A stretch of DNA of 64,000 nt from Micropruina sp. (GTDB lineage Bacteria; Actinomycetota; Actinomycetes; Propionibacteriales; Propionibacteriaceae): contig NZ_JASGHL010000001.1 of NCBI RefSeq assembly GCF_047602385.1, forward strand, positions 692,360-756,359, read 5' to 3'. Both the position numbers and the translations under genes were made by a program. Below are positions 26,503 through 36,257 of the stretch, in pieces (positions within the stretch are counted from its first letter, which is position 1; the number at the start of each line of letters is the position of its first letter). The notes beneath the pieces are model-generated. The model did no database searches. It worked only from the letters and a program-made list of their open reading frames with translations, and had not been told where the DNA came from.

Positions 26503-27636
26503 ATGACGATCTTCTCGCTGACCGAGGCCGAATTGCGACAACGACGCAGCCTCAAGTGGCAGACCTACGACGCGGACGTGCTGCCGCTGTGGGTCGCGGA
26601 GATGGATTCGGCGATGCTGCCCGCCGTCCGGGCCAGCTTGGACGCCGCCCTGGACCACGGTGACACCGGCTATCCGTTCGGCGACGACTATGCCGATGCC
26701 TACCGGGCCAGCGCGGCAGCCCGCTGGGGCCTGGACCTCGCCGCGCAACAGGTGCGTCGAGGCGGCGACGTGATGAACGCCGTGCTGTGCGTTCTGGAGG
26801 CGACCACGAATCCCGGCGACGGCATCGTCATCACCACGCCGGTCTATCCCCCGTTCTGGCAAGTCACCAACGGCTACCGGCGGCACACCGTCCCGGTTGC
26901 GTTGACGGCTGAGGGGCGCCTCGACCTGGACGCCCTGGCCGCGGCCTTCGCCGAACCGGACGTGACGGCGTTCCTGCTCTGCTCGCCGCACAATCCGACC
27001 GGGACGGTGCACACGGCCCAGGAACTGACGGCGGTGGCCGAGCTCTGTGTGGCGCACGGCGTCCAACTGGTGGTGGACGAGATCCACGCCTGGCTGATCG
27101 ATCCCGGGACGACGTTCGTGCCGACGCTGGCGGTGCCGGCCGCTCAGCGTGCGGTGGTGGTCACCTCGGCGGGAAAGTCGTGGAACCTGGCCGCTTTCAA
27201 AGCCGGGCTGTACATCGCCGGTTCCGAGGCGGACGGGGCGGTGCGCCGGCTGCCGCCGCTGGCTCTGCAGTCGACCGGGCACCTCGGCGCGATCGCCCAC
27301 ACCGCCGCGCTGCGGCACGGCCAGGACTGGGTCGACCAGGCCAGCGCCGAGATCGCCGCCCACAAGCGGCTGCTCACCGACCTGCTGCACGCGCTGCTTC
27401 CCGGTGCCCGCTACCGCGCCGAGCCGGGCACCTATCTGGCCTGGGTGGACTGCACCCGGCTCGGGCTGGAGGATCCGTATGCCCACTTCCTGACCGCAGG
27501 CCGGGTGGCGTTCTCACCGGGCCGGAATTTCTCGCCGGAGCACCGCCAGTGGGTCCGGATCAACCTGGCTGCCTCGCCCACCATGATCACCCGCGCCGTC
27601 GAGCGGATGGCGGCCTCGCTTCGCCTGGCCGCCTGA
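26503..27636 (+). CDS. MalY/PatB-type PLP enzyme (cystathionine beta-lyase-like)
   Basis: SLKW, LPLWVAEMD, LCSPHNPTG, VDEIHA, SAGKSWNLA, GTYLAWVD, VRINLA. Confidence 0.92.
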   Translation: MTIFSLTEAELRQRRSLKWQTYDADVLPLWVAEMDSAMLPAVRASLDAALDHGDTGYPFGDDYADAYRASAAARWGLDLAAQQVRRGGDVMNAVLCVLEATTNPGDGIVITTPVYPPFWQVTNGYRRHTVPVALTAEGRLDLDALAAAFAEPDVTAFLLCSPHNPTGTVHTAQELTAVAELCVAHGVQLVVDEIHAWLIDPGTTFVPTLAVPAAQRAVVVTSAGKSWNLAAFKAGLYIAGSEADGAVRRLPPLALQSTGHLGAIAHTAALRHGQDWVDQASAEIAAHKRLLTDLLHALLPGARYRAEPGTYLAWVDCTRLGLEDPYAHFLTAGRVAFSPGRNFSPEHRQWVRINLAASPTMITRAVERMAASLRLAA

Positions 27637-27641
27637 CTGAC

Positions 27642-28043
27642 TCAGTCGAAGAGCTGGGCCGAGGCGCTGCCGTGCGCCTCGAGGCGAGAGATCCCGATCA
27701 GGCTGAGCAGCACGGTGTCGACGGTGCTGACCGTGGTCACCTCGACGCTGCCGTCGCCGGCCAGCCGCACCTCGCCGCGCAGACCAGGCTCGCCGGCGAT
27801 CACCTGCCGGGCGGCGGCAACGGCGACTGCCGGCTCCGGGCGGCGACCGGCCTGCCGCTGCGGCGCCGTCGCATCGACGGCAGCCCGGGCGGCCGCCGCG
27901 GCGGTCAGCTCGGCCCGGCGGTCCGCGGCGGTCTTGCGGCCACCGTCCACCACGAGGCCGGCGATCAGCAGCATCGCCAGCACGGCGACGACCACGAACG
28001 CCGACAGCGCCAGGCCTCGTTCGCCGCGTCCGGTCCGCTTCAT
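27642..28043 (-). CDS. TadE/TadG-like pseudopilin (orphan)
   Basis: GERG prepilin-like cleavage motif followed by a hydrophobic helix, LVVDGG, AAAAARAA; CAGACT 6 nt upstream of ATG. Confidence 0.75.
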   Translation of the reverse strand: MKRTGRGERGLALSAFVVVAVLAMLLIAGLVVDGGRKTAADRRAELTAAAAARAAVDATAPQRQAGRRPEPAVAVAAARQVIAGEPGLRGEVRLAGDGSVEVTTVSTVDTVLLSLIGISRLEAHGSASAQLFD

Positions 28044-28163
28044 CCGCTCAGTCTGCCCCGCCGGATGGCCGGGTGGTGAGTTGTCCACAGCTTTGCGGAC
28101 CGGCTGGGGCGACCGGCCACTAGGCTGACGAGCACGTCTCGTCTGCCAGAAAGGCCCACACTC

Positions 28164-29390
28164 ATGGTTCAGAAGGTCGCCCTGCTCACCGCCGGTGGTT
28201 TCGCCCCGTGCCTGTCCTCGGCCATCGGAGGCCTGATCGGACGGTACACCGAGGTCGCGCCCGACGTTGAGATCATCGCCTACAAGTACGGCTACCAGGG
28301 CCTGCTCACCGGCGACTACCTTGAGGTGACGCCGGAGGTCCGTGCCAAGGCCCACCTGCTGCATCTCTACGGCGGATCGCCGATCGGCAACTCGCGGGTC
28401 AAGCTGACCAACGCCAAGGACCTGGTCAAGCGCGGGCTGGTCGCCGAGGGGGACGACCCGCTCAAGGTGGCCGCCGACCGCCTGGTCGCCGACGGGGTGG
28501 ACGTGCTGCACACCATCGGCGGCGACGACACCAACACCACCGCGGCCGACCTGGCCGCGTACCTGGCCAGCAACGACTACGGGCTCACCGTGGTCGGGCT
28601 GCCGAAGACGATCGACAACGACGTGGTGCCGATCCGGCAGTCGCTCGGGGCCGACACCGCGGCCGAGATGGGCGCCCGGTTCGCCCGCAACGTGCTCGCC
28701 GAGCACAACGCCGGGACCCGGATCCTGATCGTCCACGAGGTGATGGGCCGCAACTGTGGCTGGCTGACCGCCGCGACCGCCCGCAAGTACCGGGAATGGC
28801 TCAGCACGGCCGAGTGGCTGCCCGAGATCGGCCTCGACGCCAAGGCTTGGGACGTCCACGCCGTGTTCGTGCCGGAAGCCGTGATCGACCTGCAGGCCGA
28901 GGCCGCTCGGCTCAAGGAAGTGATGGACACGGTGGGCAACGTGACCATGTTCATCTCCGAGGGCGCCGGCGTGGAGAGCATCGTGGCCGAAATGGAGAAG
29001 GCCGGCGAAGAGGTGGCCCGGGACGCCTTCGGGCACATCCGGCTGGAGCGGATCAACCCCGGCGCCTGGTTCGCCAAGCAGTTCGCCGAGATGCTCGGCG
29101 CGCAGAAGATCCTGGTCCAGAAGTCCGGCTACTACTCCCGCTCAGCGGCCGCGAACTCCTACGACCTGGACCTGATCCGCTCGATGACCGACCTGGCCGT
29201 CGACTCGGCCCTGCGCGGCGAGCCCGGCGTGATCGGCCACGACGAGGAGAACGGCGACGTGCTGACCGCGATCGCGTTCGACCGGATCAAGGGCGGCAAG
29301 CCGTTCGACATCGAGCAGGACTGGTACCTCGACCTGTTGTCCGAGATCGGCCAGCCGGAGCCGGTCGCCGCCCCGCCCGCCGAGCACTGA
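28164..29390 (+). CDS. pfp: Pyrophosphate-dependent phosphofructokinase (Propionibacterium type)
   Basis: LTAGGFAPCL, GGSPIGNSRVK, IGGDDTN, PKTIDND, EVMGRNCG, KSGYYSR. Confidence 0.95.
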   Translation: MVQKVALLTAGGFAPCLSSAIGGLIGRYTEVAPDVEIIAYKYGYQGLLTGDYLEVTPEVRAKAHLLHLYGGSPIGNSRVKLTNAKDLVKRGLVAEGDDPLKVAADRLVADGVDVLHTIGGDDTNTTAADLAAYLASNDYGLTVVGLPKTIDNDVVPIRQSLGADTAAEMGARFARNVLAEHNAGTRILIVHEVMGRNCGWLTAATARKYREWLSTAEWLPEIGLDAKAWDVHAVFVPEAVIDLQAEAARLKEVMDTVGNVTMFISEGAGVESIVAEMEKAGEEVARDAFGHIRLERINPGAWFAKQFAEMLGAQKILVQKSGYYSRSAAANSYDLDLIRSMTDLAVDSALRGEPGVIGHDEENGDVLTAIAFDRIKGGKPFDIEQDWYLDLLSEIGQPEPVAAPPAEH

Positions 29391-29399
29391 GCCGCGGCA

Positions 29400-29433
29400 C
29401 CGAGCGTTCAGCCGGTCGCGGCTGAACGCTCGG
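29400..29433. terminator. 15-bp hairpin between convergent pfp and CHAD genes
   Basis: CCGAGCGTTCAGCCG-gtcg-CGGCTGAACGCTCGG; contains the CHAD stop codon. Confidence 0.7.
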
Positions 29434-30292
29434 GCAACGGCACCGCACGCGCGGCCGCGAGCGCTGAGCGGCCACGCTGCAGGGCTTCGTCACGCTGGCG
29501 GAGTTCCAGCGCGATCAGCGCCAGGTAGCCGGACGGGGACTCGCCGGCCTCGCTGGCGTGGACCGCCGCAGTGGCCAGGTAGGCCTCGGCCACCACGGTG
29601 TCCTGGAACTCGCCGAGCGCCTCGGTGACTTCTTCCCACGCTTCGGCCAGCGTCTTCGCAGGGTCGCCGAACGCCGGGATCAGGGCTTCGGAGCAGTACC
29701 GCGCCGCCTTGGCGGCCTTGCGCACCTCATGCCAGCGGTGCGGATCGTCGTCGGTCTCCGCCGCTCGCTCGGTCAGCCTGCCGACCCGTCTGACAGCCCG
29801 CTCCAGCAGCCCGGGCAGGGCGTCGACTCCCGCTGCGCGGGCCGAGCCGCGAACCGGCGGGTCGTCGACGAATCGGGCCAGCCGATCGCGCAGCTGCGGG
29901 TAGCGCTCGGTCTGCATCGATTCCACCAGCGCAGCGTGGGCGCGGGCATGGCTCTCGTCCAGGGCCGCCGACAGTCGCTCGGCGACCGGGCCGGCTTCAT
30001 CGTCGCCGGGCAGGGTGTCGAGCGCGGTCAGCAGCCGCTCCTTGAGCACCTCGGCGTCCCGGGGACCGCCCAGGTGGTCGGCGTGCCAGGCCAGTTCGGC
30101 GCGCAGCGCGCGCACCTGCTTGCGCTTGAACAACGAGGCGAACGTCCGCAGCGCGCTGCGCGAACGGCGGGTGGCCACCCGACTGCGGTGGACGGCGTCC
30201 GGGGCATCGGCGGCCACGTCGTCGGCCCGGGAGGCGATCACCTCGGCCTGGGTACGCAGATAGTCGATGACGATGCCGGCGGCGGTGCTCAT
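29408..30292 (-). CDS. CHAD domain protein (polyphosphate-binding family)
   Basis: VHRSRVATRRSRS, LGGPRDAEV, WHEVRKAAKAARY, LGEFQDTVVA. Confidence 0.92.
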   Translation of the reverse strand: MSTAAGIVIDYLRTQAEVIASRADDVAADAPDAVHRSRVATRRSRSALRTFASLFKRKQVRALRAELAWHADHLGGPRDAEVLKERLLTALDTLPGDDEAGPVAERLSAALDESHARAHAALVESMQTERYPQLRDRLARFVDDPPVRGSARAAGVDALPGLLERAVRRVGRLTERAAETDDDPHRWHEVRKAAKAARYCSEALIPAFGDPAKTLAEAWEEVTEALGEFQDTVVAEAYLATAAVHASEAGESPSGYLALIALELRQRDEALQRGRSALAAARAVPLPERSAATG

Positions 30293-30936
30293 TGATTGCT
30301 CGCTGTCTCTTCGGTGCGGACGACGCCCAGGTCGTCGACCACCTCACGGGGCTCGGTCTGCTCGGCCTTGGCCAGCCGGCTGCGTCGCCGGGGCTGCCGT
30401 GGCATCGCCTCGTCGTCGGGGCCGAGCGCCGAGCCGAGCAGGATCGGGGTGACCGCGGCGAACGCCCACACCGCCAGGGCGGACGGCGAGCGCAGGGCGA
30501 GCGCGATCGGCACCGTGTCCCCCGGCTTGGCCAGGGCGAGCCGCTGATCGAAGGCCTGCCCGCCGAGCACCTCGCCCAGCTGCCAGCAGACCACGCCGGC
30601 CAGCAGTCCCAGCCCGGCGGCCAGGAACGCGCAGGGCCAGCCGATCGCCTTGAACCGCCGCCAGGTCGCCACACCCAGCCCGGCCCCGACGACGGCGCCG
30701 ATCACGGCGTACCAGGCGTCCCCGGCGAAGAACTCGGTGAGTGCCCGCTCGCTGACGGTGGCGGAGCCATCGGCTTGGACGATGTAGGCGGGTGGCCGGA
30801 CCACCAGCCGCCACAACACCGCGCCGGCGATCCCGGCCACCGCGGCGATGCCCGCCAGGATCAGGGCCGCGGTGCGGTCGTCACGACGAGCCGGAGTCAC
30901 CGAATCCTCGGCGGTCGGGGACGGCGGGGTGCTCAC
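30289..30936 (-). CDS. Membrane protein, possibly DUF2567-like
   Basis: Four hydrophobic segments, FFAGDAWY motif; TAGGCT 6 nt upstream of GTG; position after dnaE. Confidence 0.7.
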   Translation of the reverse strand: MSTPPSPTAEDSVTPARRDDRTAALILAGIAAVAGIAGAVLWRLVVRPPAYIVQADGSATVSERALTEFFAGDAWYAVIGAVVGAGLGVATWRRFKAIGWPCAFLAAGLGLLAGVVCWQLGEVLGGQAFDQRLALAKPGDTVPIALALRSPSALAVWAFAAVTPILLGSALGPDDEAMPRQPRRRSRLAKAEQTEPREVVDDLGVVRTEETASNQ

Positions 30937-30952
30937 CCGGTAAGCCTAGTGC

Positions 30953-33900
30953 TCATGTGCTCACACACGACGGGCCCAGCAATGCCTTGAGGTCGGCCAT
31001 CAGCGGCGGCGACGGCATCACCCGCAGGGTCTCTTCCAGCTTCCAGACCGTGGTCCGGTTCGAGGTGGTCAGCCGTACCCGCACCTCGGTGGCGCCCGGG
31101 TGGCTGGTCAGCACGGTGCGCAACTGCTGGACGACCGCCGGCGTGCAGCGGGCCGCCGGTAGCGAGATCACCACCGGCCCGGACGGGCCTTCGGAGACGT
31201 CCGGGAAGCTCACGTCGGTGCCGCGGATCTCGACGCCCTCGTCCTTGCCGACCACCCGGCCCTTGATCCGGACGATGGTGTCGGTGGCCAGCTGCAGGGC
31301 GACCAGGTTGTACGCCTTGGGGAACAGCAGCACCTCCACCGAGGCGTCCAGGTCCTCCACGGACAGGATCGCCCACAGGTCGCCGTTCTTGGTCTGCTTG
31401 CGGGTGACCTGGGTGATCATCCCGGCGATGGTGGTCTGGATGTCGCGCGGGCCGTCCTCGGCGACGATCTGGCCGATCGAGTGGTCGCGGTTGGCGAGCA
31501 GCACGTGCTCCAGCCCAAGCAGCGGGTGGTCGGACACGTACAGGCCGAGCATCTCGCGCTCGAAAGCCAGCCGGATCCGCTTGTCCCACTCCTCGACTGC
31601 GGGCACCGGCGAACTGACCAGTGCCTCTCCCCCGCCGAAGTCGCCGAACAGGTCGTCCTGGCCGTTGGCCTGGTTCCGCTTCAGGTCGATCACCTCGTCG
31701 ACCTTCTGCTCGTAGCACTCCATCAGGGCGCGCCGGGTGTGCCCGAGCGAGTCGAACGCGCCGGCCTTGATCAGCGACTCGATCACCCGCTTGTTGCACA
31801 CCACCAGCGGCACGTTGTCCAGGAATTCGTTGAAGTCGGACGCCTTGCCGTTGCTCTCGCGGCCCTCGACGATGCCCTTCACCACGTTGTCGCCGACGTT
31901 GCGGATGGCGCCCAGCCCGTAGCGGATGTCGCTGCCGACCGGGGTGAACATGCCGTCGGATTCGTTGACGTCGGGCGGCAGCACCTTGATGCCCATCCGG
32001 CGGCACTCGGCCAGGTAGATCGCCGATTTGTCCTTGTCGTCCTTCACCGACTGGAGCAGCGCCGCCATGTACTCGGCCGGGTAGTTGGCCTTCAGGTACG
32101 CCGTCCAGTACGAGATCAGCCCGTAGGCGGCGGTGTGGGCCTTGTTGAACGCGTAGTCGGAGAACGGCACCAGGATGTCCCAGAGGGCCTTGATCGCCGA
32201 AGCGGAGAAGCCGTTGGCCTGCATCCCCCCTTCGAAGTTGACGAACTCGGCCTCGAGCACCTCCTTCTTCTTCTTGCCCATCGCCCGGCGCAGCTCGTCG
32301 GCGGCGCCGAGGGTGTAGTTGGCCACCTTCACCGCGATCTGCTGGACCTGCTCCTGGTAGACGATCAGGCCGTAGGTGAGGTCGAGGATCTCGGCGAGCG
32401 GCTCGGCCAGCTCGGGGTGGATCGCGGTGATCGGCTGCTTGCCGGTCTTGCGCAGCGCGTAGTTGGTGTGGCTGTTCGCCCCCATCGGGCCCGGCCGGTA
32501 CAGCGCCAACGCGGCCGAGATGTCCTCGAAGCTGTCCGGCTGCATCTGCCGCAGCAGCACCCGCATGCCGCCGCCGTCCAGCTGGAAGATGCCGAGGGTG
32601 TCGCCGGTGGCCAGCAGCTGGTAGGTCGACGGGTCGGTGAGGGTCTTGCTGAGCTCGTCCAGGTCGATGTCGATGCCCTGGTTCGCCTTCACGTTGGCGA
32701 TCGCGTCGTCCAGGATGGTCAGGTTGCGCAGGCCGAGGAAGTCCATCTTGACCAGGCCCAGCGACTCACAGCTCGGGTAGTCGAACTGGGTGATGATCTG
32801 GCCGTCCGACTCCCGCTTCATCACCGGGATGACGTCGAGCAAGGGGGCCGACGACATGATCACCCCGGCGGCATGGACGCCCCACTGCCGCTTCAGGCCC
32901 TCGATGCCCATCGCGGTGTCGACGACCTCTTTGACCTCGGGCTCGGACTCGTACAGCGTCCTGAACTCGCCGCCCTCGGCATAGCGGGCGTGTTGCGGGT
33001 TGAATACCTCGGGCAGCGGGACGTCCTTGCCCATCACCGGCGGGGTGTAGGCCTTGGTGATCCGCTCGCCCAGGCCGAACGGCTTGCCCAGCACCCGTCC
33101 GGCGTCCTTGATCGCCTGCTTGGCCTTGATGGTGCCGTAGGTGACGATCTGGCAGACGTGGTCGTCGCCATACTTCTCGGTGACGTAGCGGATCACCTCG
33201 CCGCGGCGACGCTCGTCGAAGTCGATGTCGAAGTCGGGCATCGATGGACGTTCGGGGTTCAGGAAGCGTTCGAAGATCAGTCCGTGCGGAACCGGGTCGA
33301 GGTCGGTGATCCGCAGCGCGTAGGCGCACATCGAACCGGCGCCGGAGCCGCGGCCCGGACCGACCCGGATGCCGTTGTTCTTCGCCCAGTTGATGAAGTC
33401 GGCGACCACCAGGAAGTATCCCGAATAGCCTTTTCCAGCGATGACCCCGGTCTCGAACTCGGCCTGTTGAATTGCGTAGTCAGGAACGCCTTCGGGGAAG
33501 CGGAACTCCAGTCCGCGGCGGACCTCTTTGACGAACCAGGACTCCTCGGTCTCCCCGGCCGGTACCGGGAAGCGGGCCATGTAGGTGCCGGTGCCCTCGT
33601 CGAAATGGGTCTCGCAGCGCTCGGCGATGGCCAGCGTGTTGTCGCAGGCCTCGGGCAGTTCCCGCCAGATCTCGCGCATCTCGGCGGGGCTCTTCAGGTA
33701 GTAGCCGTTGCCGTCGAATTTGAACCGGTTCGGGGTGTCCCGGTTCGAGCCCGACGACACGCACAGCAGGGTGTCGTGGGCCTCGGCGTCGCCGGCGTGC
33801 ACGTAGTGCAGGTCGTTGGTGGCGACCAGCGGCAGCTTGAGGTCCTTGGCCAGCCGGAGCAGGTCGTGCCGGACCCGGCGTTCGATGTCGAGGCCGTGGT

Positions 33901-34468
33901 CCATCAGCTCGCAGTAGAAGTTGCCGGCGCCGAAGATGTCGCGGAACTCGGCGGCCGATTCGACCGCGCGGTCGTACTGGCCGAGTCGCAGGTAGGTCTG
34001 CACCTCACCCGAGGGGCAGCCGGTGGTGGCCAGGATGCCCGAGTGGTACTCGTGGAGCAGTTCGCGGTCGGCGCGCGGCTTGTAGAAGAAGCCCTCCTTC
34101 GAGCTGCGCGAGCTGAGCCGGAACAGGTTGTGCATCCCCTCCGGACTGGACGCCCACATGGTCATGTGGGTGTAGGCGCCCTTGGACGCCACGTCGTCGC
34201 CGGTGCCGTCGCCGAATTGGACGCGCTTGCGCTCGCTGCGGTGCGTCTTGGGGGTGAGGTACGCCTCGAGGCCGATGATCGGCTTCACCGCGGAGCCTTT
34301 GGCCGCCTTGTACCACTCGTAGGCGCCGAACAGGTTGCCATGGTCGGTGACCGCCAGGGCCGGCATGCCCATCTGCTCACAGCCCTTGACCAGGTCTTTC
34401 AGCCGCGCCGCGCCGTCCAGCATCGAGTACTCGGAATGGCAGTGCAGATGCACGAACCCATCGGCCAT
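30953..34468 (-). CDS. dnaE: DNA polymerase III alpha subunit with intact PHP domain
   Basis: HLHCHSEYSMLDG, TDHGNL, ATNDLHY, GPGRGSGAGS, MPDFDIDF, KMDFLGLRNL, YAFNKAH; no intein. Confidence 0.98.
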   Translation of the reverse strand: MADGFVHLHCHSEYSMLDGAARLKDLVKGCEQMGMPALAVTDHGNLFGAYEWYKAAKGSAVKPIIGLEAYLTPKTHRSERKRVQFGDGTGDDVASKGAYTHMTMWASSPEGMHNLFRLSSRSSKEGFFYKPRADRELLHEYHSGILATTGCPSGEVQTYLRLGQYDRAVESAAEFRDIFGAGNFYCELMDHGLDIERRVRHDLLRLAKDLKLPLVATNDLHYVHAGDAEAHDTLLCVSSGSNRDTPNRFKFDGNGYYLKSPAEMREIWRELPEACDNTLAIAERCETHFDEGTGTYMARFPVPAGETEESWFVKEVRRGLEFRFPEGVPDYAIQQAEFETGVIAGKGYSGYFLVVADFINWAKNNGIRVGPGRGSGAGSMCAYALRITDLDPVPHGLIFERFLNPERPSMPDFDIDFDERRRGEVIRYVTEKYGDDHVCQIVTYGTIKAKQAIKDAGRVLGKPFGLGERITKAYTPPVMGKDVPLPEVFNPQHARYAEGGEFRTLYESEPEVKEVVDTAMGIEGLKRQWGVHAAGVIMSSAPLLDVIPVMKRESDGQIITQFDYPSCESLGLVKMDFLGLRNLTILDDAIANVKANQGIDIDLDELSKTLTDPSTYQLLATGDTLGIFQLDGGGMRVLLRQMQPDSFEDISAALALYRPGPMGANSHTNYALRKTGKQPITAIHPELAEPLAEILDLTYGLIVYQEQVQQIAVKVANYTLGAADELRRAMGKKKKEVLEAEFVNFEGGMQANGFSASAIKALWDILVPFSDYAFNKAHTAAYGLISYWTAYLKANYPAEYMAALLQSVKDDKDKSAIYLAECRRMGIKVLPPDVNESDGMFTPVGSDIRYGLGAIRNVGDNVVKGIVEGRESNGKASDFNEFLDNVPLVVCNKRVIESLIKAGAFDSLGHTRRALMECYEQKVDEVIDLKRNQANGQDDLFGDFGGGEALVSSPVPAVEEWDKRIRLAFEREMLGLYVSDHPLLGLEHVLLANRDHSIGQIVAEDGPRDIQTTIAGMITQVTRKQTKNGDLWAILSVEDLDASVEVLLFPKAYNLVALQLATDTIVRIKGRVVGKDEGVEIRGTDVSFPDVSEGPSGPVVISLPAARCTPAVVQQLRTVLTSHPGATEVRVRLTTSNRTTVWKLEETLRVMPSPPLMADLKALLGPSCVST

Positions 34469-34595
34469 CGGCGGTTTCGACCTCCATGAGTCGGGTGTGG
34501 ACCGGGCGGATCGCCAGGGGAAAGTCCAGCGGAGAGACCCACCCTAACCCCGGCCGCCGACGGTTCCCGACGACACTCGCCGGGCGAGGCGACCT

Positions 34596-36116
34596 TCACC
34601 TGGTCGCGACCAGGGCGGCCCACAGCTCGGCACGCGCCGGGAAGCCGGCCAGGTCGACGCCGAGCAGCTGCTGGGCCTGCGCGACCCGGGTCCGCACGGT
34701 GTGCCGATGGACGCCGAGGGCCTGCGCCGCGGTCTCGATCCGGGCGTCGCACTCGAGCCAGACCCGCACCGTGTGCAGCAGCGCGGTCCCGTGCCGCCGG
34801 TCGTGCTCGCGCAGCGGGGCCAGCTGCGCTTCGGCGATGGCGGTCGCGTCGGTGCCGGACAGTTGGGCGAGCACGCCGTCCCCGGCGAGTTCGGTGAACC
34901 GGGTGACCCGGCCGGCGCCGCCACGGGCGCGCGCGGCCACCGCCTGGGCATGGGCTCCGGAGAAATCCTGGTAGTCGCTCGGCCGCGAGACGCCGACGCC
35001 GGCCTCGAACAGCGCGGCGAACTCGTCCAGCAGCGGTTGATCCGCGACGCCGACGACGATCACCAGCCCGTCCGGTCCCTGACCGTGGAAGACCGAGCCG
35101 CTCTGCCCCTCCAGCCAGTCGGACGCGACCTGGGCGCGGGTCGCGGGCAGGCTGGCGACCGCCACCACGATGGGTGCCGCCGGCAGCGGCGTCCAGAGCT
35201 CGCCGACGACGGGCGCGGCCACGCTGGGATCGTCGCTGAGCAGGCTGCGCACCAGTCCCCCACGCAGCGCCTCGCGGGCCTGGTTGAGCCCGACCGTCTG
35301 CTCCAGGGCGAGGCCGGCCATCGCGATCACCGAGGTCAGGACGCCGCGGCCCTCGGCGTCCAGGCCGGTCGCCGCGATGGCGATCGCACCGCGCAGCTGG
35401 CCGCCCCGTCCGAGCGTCTGCAGGGTGAAACGCTGCCCGGCAGACTCCAGCGACGACCCGGCGCGGACGCCGCGGCGCAGCATCGCACCGACCTCTCCGG
35501 TGACGCCGGTGAGCGCTTCGGCGGCGAGGCCGCCGGCCGGGTGATCGCGGACCAGCGCGCCCGCGGCGTCGAACAGGCCGACCCACGCCCCGAGCTGGCG
35601 GCCGAGTTCGGCCAAGGTCGCACCCAGGCCGTCGGGCTGCAGTGCGGCCAGCGAGATGGCCCGTTGGGCGGCGAGCGCCCAGCTGCGCCGGGCATAGGCC
35701 TGCGCCGCGACCGCCTCGGCGTTCGCCTGCGCCAGCGCGATGAACGGTGTCCGGTAGGGCACCTCGAACAACGGCATCCGTTCGGCTGCACAGGCTTCGG
35801 CCAGCGCGGCCGGGATGCCGTGCCGGACGACCTCGGTGCCGAACCCGAGGCCCCGGACGCCGCGGCGCGCCAGCCGGGCGACGTAGTCCCGATACGGTTC
35901 CGGGCCGCCGGCATCGTCGAACTGGGTGCCGGTGGTGAGCAGCAGCAGGTCGTCGGTCAGGAACGGCGTCGGATCCGCCAGATCGGAGCCGTGCACCCAG
36001 CGCAGCGGTGCGTCCAGGGCGCCGGGGGCCAGCTCCGCCTCGGACCCGGCCAGGCGCAGACTCAGCTCACGGCGAGTGAGCAGGGCACGCAGGGTGGGTT
36101 CTGGTCTAGCAGCCAT
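34596..36116 (-). CDS. PucR/CdaR family transcriptional regulator
   Basis: LRWVHGSDLADPTPFL, LLLTTG, C-terminal AQALGVHRHTVRTR HTH; divergent from gabT. Confidence 0.93.
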   Translation of the reverse strand: MAARPEPTLRALLTRRELSLRLAGSEAELAPGALDAPLRWVHGSDLADPTPFLTDDLLLLTTGTQFDDAGGPEPYRDYVARLARRGVRGLGFGTEVVRHGIPAALAEACAAERMPLFEVPYRTPFIALAQANAEAVAAQAYARRSWALAAQRAISLAALQPDGLGATLAELGRQLGAWVGLFDAAGALVRDHPAGGLAAEALTGVTGEVGAMLRRGVRAGSSLESAGQRFTLQTLGRGGQLRGAIAIAATGLDAEGRGVLTSVIAMAGLALEQTVGLNQAREALRGGLVRSLLSDDPSVAAPVVGELWTPLPAAPIVVAVASLPATRAQVASDWLEGQSGSVFHGQGPDGLVIVVGVADQPLLDEFAALFEAGVGVSRPSDYQDFSGAHAQAVAARARGGAGRVTRFTELAGDGVLAQLSGTDATAIAEAQLAPLREHDRRHGTALLHTVRVWLECDARIETAAQALGVHRHTVRTRVAQAQQLLGVDLAGFPARAELWAALVATR

Positions 36117-36140
36117 GACCACCCCCTCGTCGCGCTCGGC

Positions 36141-36162
36141 GTCTCGGCACGCTCAACCGGCG
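36141..36162 (+). repeat. REP-like short element, degenerate copy
   Basis: GTCTCGGCACGCTCAACCGGCG matches the reverse complement of 60509-60530 at 17/22 positions; intergenic. Confidence 0.4.
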
Positions 36163-36169
36163 AGACTCC

Positions 36170-36211
36170 ATATCCTGTACGTCACGTATAGAGACAGCAG
36201 GATCATATACA
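36170..36211. promoter_or_regulatory. Candidate operator region between the PucR-family gene and gabT
   Basis: AT-rich; ATCCTG-N20-CAGGAT inverted repeat (36172-36203) enclosing TACGT-C-ACGTA (36178-36188). Confidence 0.45.
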
Positions 36212-36257
36212 CCGCGGCGAGTATCGGCACCGAAAGTACGAACCGTAGGCTCCCGCC

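Noticed and set aside
30953-34468. Possible intein or split in dnaE
   Set aside because: Length (1171 aa) and continuous motifs match an uninterrupted DnaE1.
31481-34489. 1002-aa plus-strand ORF
   Set aside because: Antisense shadow of dnaE.
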